A stretch of DNA of 64,000 nt, taken from an uncultured Lachnospiraceae bacterium. GTDB taxonomy: Bacteria > Bacillota > Clostridia > Lachnospirales > Lachnospiraceae. The notes under the pieces were generated by a model. That model did no database searches. It was not told the origin of the DNA and saw only the letters and a program-made list of their open reading frames with translations. A program made the position numbers and the translations under genes. Of this stretch, positions 57,906-64,000 are shown one piece after another. The stretch covers positions 4,206-68,205 of the forward strand of contig CAZGRM010000001.1 in NCBI GenBank assembly GCA_964528295.1, given 5' to 3'. Position 1 is the first letter of the stretch; each line of letters begins with the position of its first letter.

Positions 57906-58448
57906 ATGATCCAAGAAATGCTTGCCTACAACAAAAAATTTGTGGAAGAAAAGCGGTATGAACAGTACGCCACCAGTAAATACCCCAACAAAAAGGTGGC
58001 CATCCTGACCTGCATGGATACCCGGCTGGTGGAGCTTCTCCCTGCGGCTCTGGGGATCAAAAACGGAGATGTGAAAATCATCAAGAACGCCGGAGGCGTA
58101 GTCACCAACCCCTTCGGCAGCGTGATCCGAAGCCTTCTGGTGGCCATCATTGAGCTGGGCGTCAACGAGGTCATGGTGATCGGCCACACGGACTGCGGAG
58201 TCCAGCACATTGACAGCGAGATGATGATCCATCACATGAAGGAGCGGGGCATCACTCAGGAATCCATCGATCTGATGAAATACTGCGGCATCAATTTTGA
58301 GAAATGGCTGGCCGGATTTGACACGGTGGAGGACTCTGTCCGGGAGACAGTGGACACGATCCGCAACCACCCCCTGATGCCAAAGGATGTCAACATCAGC
58401 GGCTACGTCATCAATACGCAGACCGGAGAGCTGACGCCTCTTTGCTAG
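57906..58448 (+). CDS. Beta-class carbonic anhydrase
   Basis: CMDTR, KNAGG, GHTDCG; AAGGAGG RBS. Confidence 0.95.
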   Translation: MIQEMLAYNKKFVEEKRYEQYATSKYPNKKVAILTCMDTRLVELLPAALGIKNGDVKIIKNAGGVVTNPFGSVIRSLLVAIIELGVNEVMVIGHTDCGVQHIDSEMMIHHMKERGITQESIDLMKYCGINFEKWLAGFDTVEDSVRETVDTIRNHPLMPKDVNISGYVINTQTGELTPLC

Positions 58449-58597
58449 AGTGCGTTCGCTTTCCGCAGGCCGGGCCCGGTACGATTTCTTTTTAGAAGCT
58501 TTTAAGAATACATTCATTTTTTCCAGCGGTATCCATGGTACAATGTCCCTATCAAAAACGTGAGACGGATTTATTTATCAAAAGGGGGACAAATAGT

Positions 58598-59377
58598 ATG
58601 AAAAGATCAAGATTTTACCGCGGTCTGCTGACCGCCCTCACCACCGCCGCGATAACCGGACTGTCCATGACAGCCCAGGCGGCTCCCACAGACTGGAGCT
58701 GCACTACCTCTCTGAGCAGCGACGGAAATATTCTGCTGGATTTTGAAAATTTGCAGGTCTATCTGCCCAACAGCTGGGATGGCCTGTGTCAGATGGGCAC
58801 GGAGGATAACGGAGTTTCCTTCTATCAGAAAAAGTCCCGGACTCTCTGGACCCAGGAGATGGGATATTCCAACGGAGGCTGGCTTTTCAGCATATATTGG
58901 ACCGACGATTTTGATTTCCTGGAGCTGCCCTCCTATGACATCATCGGCAGCGGCTCCGGCGGCTGCTACTATATCATGTATCCCACCGATCTGCAGGCAT
59001 ACACAGAGGACGAGGAGGCCTCCGAGGAATTCATCTGGATGTCGGCGGACGTCTCCTGGATCGCCGACTCCATCGCACTGAAAGAGCACAGCACAGAGTA
59101 CGACAACGCCTCCGAGTACATCCTTCCTCAGAGCTCCACGGAATACATCTCCGAGCAGGATCTGAACGGCATGGACGCGGATATGATTCAGATGGCCATC
59201 AATGAAATCTACGCCAGACACCACAGAAAGTTTGTCATGACCCAGATCCAGAAGTATTTCGATTCCAAGTCCTGGTATGTAGGTCTTGTCGCGCCGGAGG
59301 ACTTCGATGTCAGTGTCATGAACCAGTACGAGACCTCCAACATCGGTCTGATGCTGGAATGCATGAAAAAGAGGTAA
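58598..59377 (+). CDS. Secreted YARHG-domain protein
   Basis: Signal peptide; C-terminal YILP.S...NEIYARHH.KF...YF....WY. Confidence 0.88.
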   Translation: MKRSRFYRGLLTALTTAAITGLSMTAQAAPTDWSCTTSLSSDGNILLDFENLQVYLPNSWDGLCQMGTEDNGVSFYQKKSRTLWTQEMGYSNGGWLFSIYWTDDFDFLELPSYDIIGSGSGGCYYIMYPTDLQAYTEDEEASEEFIWMSADVSWIADSIALKEHSTEYDNASEYILPQSSTEYISEQDLNGMDADMIQMAINEIYARHHRKFVMTQIQKYFDSKSWYVGLVAPEDFDVSVMNQYETSNIGLMLECMKKR

Positions 59378-59382
59378 CACAC

Positions 59383-59469
59383 AAAAAAGGCACCGCAAAA
59401 CGCAAATCAGCCACAGCCTGGTATCTCACCATCCGCTGTGGCTGCCGACAGTTTTGCGGTGCCTATTTT
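59383..59469. terminator. Bidirectional terminator
   Basis: AAAAAGGCACCGCAAAAC...GTTTTGCGGTGCCTATTTT enclosing an inner CAGCCACAGC/GCTGTGGCTG stem. Confidence 0.8.
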
Positions 59470-60092
59470 GTGCCGAAAATCCGGTCACCCGCGTCTCCCA
59501 GACCGGGTACGATATAGCCGTGGTCGTTGAGATGATCGTCCAACGCTCCGATATAGATATCCACATCCGGGTGAGCCTTCTTCATCGCCCCCACTCCCTC
59601 CGGAGCGGCAATGATGCACATGAAGCGGATATTTTTTACCCCCTTCTCCTTCAGAAGCTGGATGGCCGCGACGGCGGAGCCTCCGGTGGCCAGCATGGGA
59701 TCCACCACAAACACCTCCCGCTCATCGGAATCCGCCGGAAGCTTGCAGTAATACTCCACCGGCTTCAGCGTCTCGGGATCCCGGTATAATCCGATGTGTC
59801 CCACCTTCGCCGCCGGTATCATAGTCAGCATTCCCTCCATCATCCCCAGTCCCGCTCTGAGAATCGGCACCACGGCCAGCTTTTTTCCGCTCAGCTCCTT
59901 CACCGTCGTCTTACAGATGGGAGTCTCGATCTCCACGTCCTTAAGCTTCAGATCCCGGGTGGCCTCATAACACATATACATGGCGATCTCACCGATCAAG
60001 GCCCGGAAATCCCTGGAACCGGTATCCGTTCTTCTTATCAGTCCTATCTTGTGCTGTATCAGCGGGTGATCCATAATTACAATCTTCTGCAT
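59463..60092 (-). CDS. upp: Uracil phosphoribosyltransferase
   Basis: [33 protein letters not shown]. Confidence 0.97.
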   Translation of the reverse strand: MQKIVIMDHPLIQHKIGLIRRTDTGSRDFRALIGEIAMYMCYEATRDLKLKDVEIETPICKTTVKELSGKKLAVVPILRAGLGMMEGMLTMIPAAKVGHIGLYRDPETLKPVEYYCKLPADSDEREVFVVDPMLATGGSAVAAIQLLKEKGVKNIRFMCIIAAPEGVGAMKKAHPDVDIYIGALDDHLNDHGYIVPGLGDAGDRIFGTK

Positions 60093-60125
60093 TTATCTTC
60101 TCCTCCCGTTTTCTCTCAAAGCTCC

Positions 60126-60557
60126 TTATTCCTCATCGATCATCCTCACCCGGCGGGCATGGCGCTCCGCACCGGAGAAGGGCGTATCCAGAAAGGTATC
60201 CACAATCTTCACCGCCAGCCCCGGTCCCAGCACTCGGCCGCCAAGGGCCAAAACATTGGCGTCATTGTGAAGTCTGGTGGCCTCCGCGCTAAAGCAGTCA
60301 CCGCACAGCGCCGCCCGGATCCCCTTATAACGGTTCGCTGTGATGGAAATACCGATACCTGTACCGCAGATCAGAATGCCCTTGTCGCACCTGCCCTCCA
60401 GGATCTCCTTCACCACCGCTCTGGCATACACCGGATAATCCTCGGAATCCTCGGAGTAGGTGCCGCAGTCCTTGTACTCGATTCCCCGCTCCTCCAAATG
60501 CTTCACGATCTCCAGCTTCAGCGCGTAACCGCCCTGATCACATCCAATTGCTAACAT
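60126..60557 (-). CDS. rpiB: Ribose-5-phosphate isomerase B
   Basis: DYP, CGTGIG, HNDANVL, RHARRV. Confidence 0.95.
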   Translation of the reverse strand: MLAIGCDQGGYALKLEIVKHLEERGIEYKDCGTYSEDSEDYPVYARAVVKEILEGRCDKGILICGTGIGISITANRYKGIRAALCGDCFSAEATRLHNDANVLALGGRVLGPGLAVKIVDTFLDTPFSGAERHARRVRMIDEE

Positions 60558-61018
60558 AAAAGTTCCTCCTCGTTTAATTGTATTACAAGCTTTGATATTA
60601 AAGCATCAAGCTCCGCAAAGCACTGACCGTAATCTGCCAGCGAGCCTCCGTAGGGACTGACGATTTCCTGATCCACTCCGACGTACTCATTGAGCACATG
60701 GATCTGATCCGCGTCCTCCAGGTCAAATTCGGTCCGAAGCCTCTGCTTCACTCCGCTCCTCACCGCCATGATCAGCGTCCGCTCATCGAAATCCTCTCTC
60801 ACCAGCGGATCACTCACATGATTCTTCATCGTCAGGCCATGGCTGACCAAAATAGCCTCCGCCTTGGGATTGATGGGCTCAGGAAACAAAACCACCACCC
60901 CCTTGGAGGTGATCTCCAGCTCCTCCAGCAGATATTTACTCTGCATGATGGCCTCCGCCATAGGTCCCACAGACGTATCGCTGTTGCTTACAAAAATAAG
61001 CCTGTCATATCGTTTCAC
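60551..61018 (-). CDS. LMW-PTP/YwlE-fold protein with degenerate active site
   Basis: FVSNSDTSVGPMAEA, SKG, SPYGG; GTG start after AAGGAG; ywlC-ywlE-rpiB synteny. Confidence 0.8.
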   Translation of the reverse strand: MKRYDRLIFVSNSDTSVGPMAEAIMQSKYLLEELEITSKGVVVLFPEPINPKAEAILVSHGLTMKNHVSDPLVREDFDERTLIMAVRSGVKQRLRTEFDLEDADQIHVLNEYVGVDQEIVSPYGGSLADYGQCFAELDALISKLVIQLNEEELLC

Positions 61019-61132
61019 TGTAACCGCTCCTTGTTTCTTTTTTCTCAGCGCCGAGCCTCCTCCATCGGCTTCGGACACACCGCAAAGCGGATCCGCCAGA
61101 CCGGCGCGATGAATTTTCAAACACGCTCCGGG

Positions 61133-62179
61133 TCAAACCCGCAGGATCTGATGGCCCGCCGCCTTGATCAGACGGTTCATGATGGCCTGTCCCATCATGG
61201 GGGTCTCAAAGGATTCTGAATAAATCACGGAAATATCCGCCTCGTCGAAATCCCTCAGTATGCTGTACAGATGCCGCGCGATGGTAAGCTCCTCTTTTCT
61301 TGATCCGATGGAACGGACATCCCCCGCCCCATAGTAGGACAGCGACTCGTCCGTGCCGATCACTCCCGCCTTTCTCCCCCGCGCCTCGTTCTGCCGGACC
61401 AATTCATTGATCCGCTCCCTGACCTTTTTCTCCTCGCCCTCCACAATAATGAGGTCTGCCTTCGGCGCGTAATGGCGGTATTTCATCCCCGGAGCCTTCG
61501 GCCGCGCGTCGGAATTCTCTGAAATCAATCCCCGGTCCATCTCCACCAGCCCAAGGACCCGCTCCAGCATCTCCTGATTGATATAGCCCGGCCTAAGGAT
61601 GGTGGGCGTCCCCTCCGTCAGATCCACGATGGTGGACTCCAAACCGATATCCACACTGCCGCCGTCAATGATCATATCGACCCGTCCGTTCATGTCCTCC
61701 GCCACATGCTCCGCCCTGGTGGGGCTGGGCCGCCCTGAGGTGTTGGCGCTGGGCGCCGCCACATATCCTCCCGCCGCCCGGATCAGCTGACGGGCGATCT
61801 CGTTGCCAGGCAGCCGCACCGCCACGGTATTCAAGCCCCCGGTGGTAGTCAGCGGCACTGTCTCCGACTTTTTCAATATCATGGTCAGAGGACCGGGCCA
61901 AAAGGCCTCGGCCAGGCGCTCTGCTTCCGGCGGAATATCCACCGCGATCCGGTGGATCGCCTCCCAGTCGGCGATATGGACGATCAGCGGATTGTCTGAG
62001 GGACGGCCCTTCGCCGCGTAAATTTTCTCTGACGCCTCCGCGTCCAGCGCGTTGCCTCCCAGGCCGTAAACGGTCTCCGTGGGAAAGGCCACCAGGCCGC
62101 CCTTCTTTAATATCTCACCGGCCCGCCGGATAACCTCCTCCCGGATTCCCTCCCGCATGGACTCCACGATCGTCTCCAT
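61133..62179 (-). CDS. tsaC: L-threonylcarbamoyladenylate synthase (Sua5/YwlC)
   Basis: FPTETVYGL, KGRPSDNPLI, APSANTSG, PGMKYRHYAP. Confidence 0.96.
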   Translation of the reverse strand: METIVESMREGIREEVIRRAGEILKKGGLVAFPTETVYGLGGNALDAEASEKIYAAKGRPSDNPLIVHIADWEAIHRIAVDIPPEAERLAEAFWPGPLTMILKKSETVPLTTTGGLNTVAVRLPGNEIARQLIRAAGGYVAAPSANTSGRPSPTRAEHVAEDMNGRVDMIIDGGSVDIGLESTIVDLTEGTPTILRPGYINQEMLERVLGLVEMDRGLISENSDARPKAPGMKYRHYAPKADLIIVEGEEKKVRERINELVRQNEARGRKAGVIGTDESLSYYGAGDVRSIGSRKEELTIARHLYSILRDFDEADISVIYSESFETPMMGQAIMNRLIKAAGHQILRV

Positions 62180-62361
62180 GAATCACTCCTGCCTTTCCGC
62201 CTTGCGCCAAATTTCTATCCCTAGTATACCACTACACCGGATATTTTGGAACTGTTTTCTATGTTTTTCGGATATTTCAAGCATTTTTGATTATTTTCGG
62301 TGTTCAAACCCGGCCGCTTGTGCTAAAATAAAACTAAATCTATGAATGAACGGAGGCTATT

Positions 62362-63351
62362 ATGAGCGAAGAAAAAGTTTTAAATCCCGAAGAAACAGTA
62401 ACCGAGGCAGCCGCTGAGGAAGTGACGGAAGCTCCGGCAGAAGCAGTGGAGGCCCCGGCAGAGTCCATGGCAGACTACGAGGACGCCATCAACGCGTCCA
62501 TGAAAAAAATCCACGAGGGCGACATCCTCACCGGCACGGTGATCGGCATCTCCGACGAGGAGCTGACGGTGGATCTGGGCTACTATACCGACGGTGTGAT
62601 CCGTCTGGAGGATGCCAGCGACGATCCCGCCTTCACCTTCGGCGGTATTGAGCTGGGGCAGACCATCTCCGCCACGGTGATCCGCCGTGACAACAGCCAG
62701 GGACGCATTCAGCTTTCCATGAAGGCCGCGGCGGCAGAGCTGGGCTGGGACCGTCTGGTACAGCTTCTGAAGGATCAGTCCAATATCACTGTGAAGGTCA
62801 GCGAAGCGGTCAAGAGCGGCGTGGTGGCCTATGTGGAAGGCATCCGGGGCTTTATCCCCGCCTCCAAGCTTTCCCTGACCTATGTGGAAAACCTGGACGA
62901 GTTTGTGGGACGGGAAATTGAGGTGCGGGTCATCACCGCGGACCCGGAGGAAAAGCGTCTGGTGCTCTCCGCCAGGGATATTCTCCGGGAGAAGGAGGCC
63001 GAGGAGCGCAAGGCCAGAATTTCCAACGTGCAGGTGGGCCTGGTGACAGAGGGTACGGTGGAATCTCTGATGCCCTACGGCGCTTTCGTTGACCTGGGCA
63101 AGGGAATGAGCGGTCTCGTACACGTTTCCCAGATTTCCCAGCAGCGCATCAAGCATCCCAGCGTGGTGCTGAAGGAGGGACAGAAGGTAAAGGTGAAGGT
63201 CATCGCCATCAAGGACGGCAAGATCAGCCTGAGCATGAAGGCTCTCGAGGATGTGGCGGCCGAGGAGGTGCAGGAGGAGACCTACCAGATGCCGAAGGCG
63301 GAGGAGGCCACTACCTCGCTGGCATCTCTGTTTAAGAATATTAAGCTGTGA
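62362..63351 (+). CDS. rpsA: S1-domain RNA-binding protein (ribosomal protein S1-like, three S1 domains)
   Basis: GFIPASKL, YGAFVDLG, GLVHVSQIS, ISLSMK. Confidence 0.85.
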   Translation: MSEEKVLNPEETVTEAAAEEVTEAPAEAVEAPAESMADYEDAINASMKKIHEGDILTGTVIGISDEELTVDLGYYTDGVIRLEDASDDPAFTFGGIELGQTISATVIRRDNSQGRIQLSMKAAAAELGWDRLVQLLKDQSNITVKVSEAVKSGVVAYVEGIRGFIPASKLSLTYVENLDEFVGREIEVRVITADPEEKRLVLSARDILREKEAEERKARISNVQVGLVTEGTVESLMPYGAFVDLGKGMSGLVHVSQISQQRIKHPSVVLKEGQKVKVKVIAIKDGKISLSMKALEDVAAEEVQEETYQMPKAEEATTSLASLFKNIKL

Positions 63352-63370
63352 TTTGTGTCAGATAGCGGAA

Positions 63371-63415
63371 AGCCGCGGGATATATTCCAGAATATATCCT
63401 GCGGCTCCTTTTTTG
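63371..63415 (+). terminator. Intrinsic terminator
   Basis: AGCCGCGGGATATATT...AATATATCCTGCGGCT followed by CCTTTTTT. Confidence 0.85.
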
Positions 63416-63592
63416 ATATGGGACCCCCGGCTCTAATGCTTATGTGCGGTAAAGTATTACAAGCATTTGATAGGTAACACCCCTGCTATTCCGTAAAAAT
63501 CAAAGGGAAAACAGATAGAAAGCTGTCCGCAAACATGATATGATTAGTCCGAGTAACAAAGCGACAAAATCGGCATTTAGGAGTAAGATGAT

Positions 63593-64000
63593 ATGTTATG
63601 TGGTATTGCTATCATGGGATTGAACGGATGCGGAAAATCTACACTTGCACATGCGATTGGTAAGAAACTGAGTTACTATGAAATAGATGTAGAAGATTAT
63701 TATTTTCCTGAACAAAAGCATTCCCGCCAAGCGATTCTTGACCAACAGTTTGATATTAAATATGAGTACATAGGTGAACTTCCATATTCTGTTCCACGCT
63801 CAAAAACCGAAGTGCAAGAAATGATTCATGATGAAATTGAGAATCATCCACAATTTGTTATTTCTGGAGTGACAATGAATTGGGCATCGGATATTATATC
63901 TAAAATTGATATTGTATTCATGCTTAAGGTTCCGACAAAAGAACGTGTAAAACGAGTAAAACAGCGGGAAGAGATTAGATTCGGTTCACGTGTTATGCCG
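63593..64000 (+). CDS. P-loop NMP-kinase-like/AAA protein, 3'-truncated and AT-rich (absent from the ORF track)
   Basis: Manual translation MLCGIAIMGLNGCGKSTLAH...EIDVEDYYF...RVKRVKQREEIRFG; open to window end. Confidence 0.85.
   Translation, partial: MLCGIAIMGLNGCGKSTLAHAIGKKLSYYEIDVEDYYFPEQKHSRQAILDQQFDIKYEYIGELPYSVPRSKTEVQEMIHDEIENHPQFVISGVTMNWASDIISKIDIVFMLKVPTKERVKRVKQREEIRFGSRVMP

Overview
GC-rich chromosomal segment of a spore-forming clostridial (Lachnospiraceae-like) firmicute with about 63 CDS; no tRNA, rRNA, CRISPR array or intact IS was found. In order: a partial LacI regulator; a ZTP-riboswitch-controlled split purine operon (IMP cyclohydrolase + AICAR transformylase); an Rpn nuclease with a likely intragenic antitoxin start; a LacI-phnDCEE-phosphoesterase-inositol monophosphatase operon; spoVAA/AB; a three-gene module around a SARP/BTAD regulator with a degenerate GGDEF domain; a 12-gene mdh-hdrBCA-flxDCBA-soluble fumarate reductase-fumarase cluster behind tandem Rex-like boxes; spoIIA(sigF), TPR gene and folC; trxA and Crp/Fnr; an Afu/Fe-type ABC importer; an ATPase-less hybrid operon (solute-binding protein, CUT1 permeases, membrane-fusion protein, MacB-like protein) with duplicated response-regulator promoters; secreted proteins; tsaC-ywlE(pseudo-enzyme)-rpiB-upp; rpsA; and the start of an AT-rich island. 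A short TA-bounded MITE-like repeat family and a multibranch palindromic element are also visible. Many ORF-track starts were shortened to the RBS-supported codon. Best candidates for undescribed systems: the BTAD/c-di-GMP module, the hybrid ABC-MFP operon and the Flx-Hdr-fumarate reductase circuit. All family assignments come from motif recognition by eye, not from database searches.
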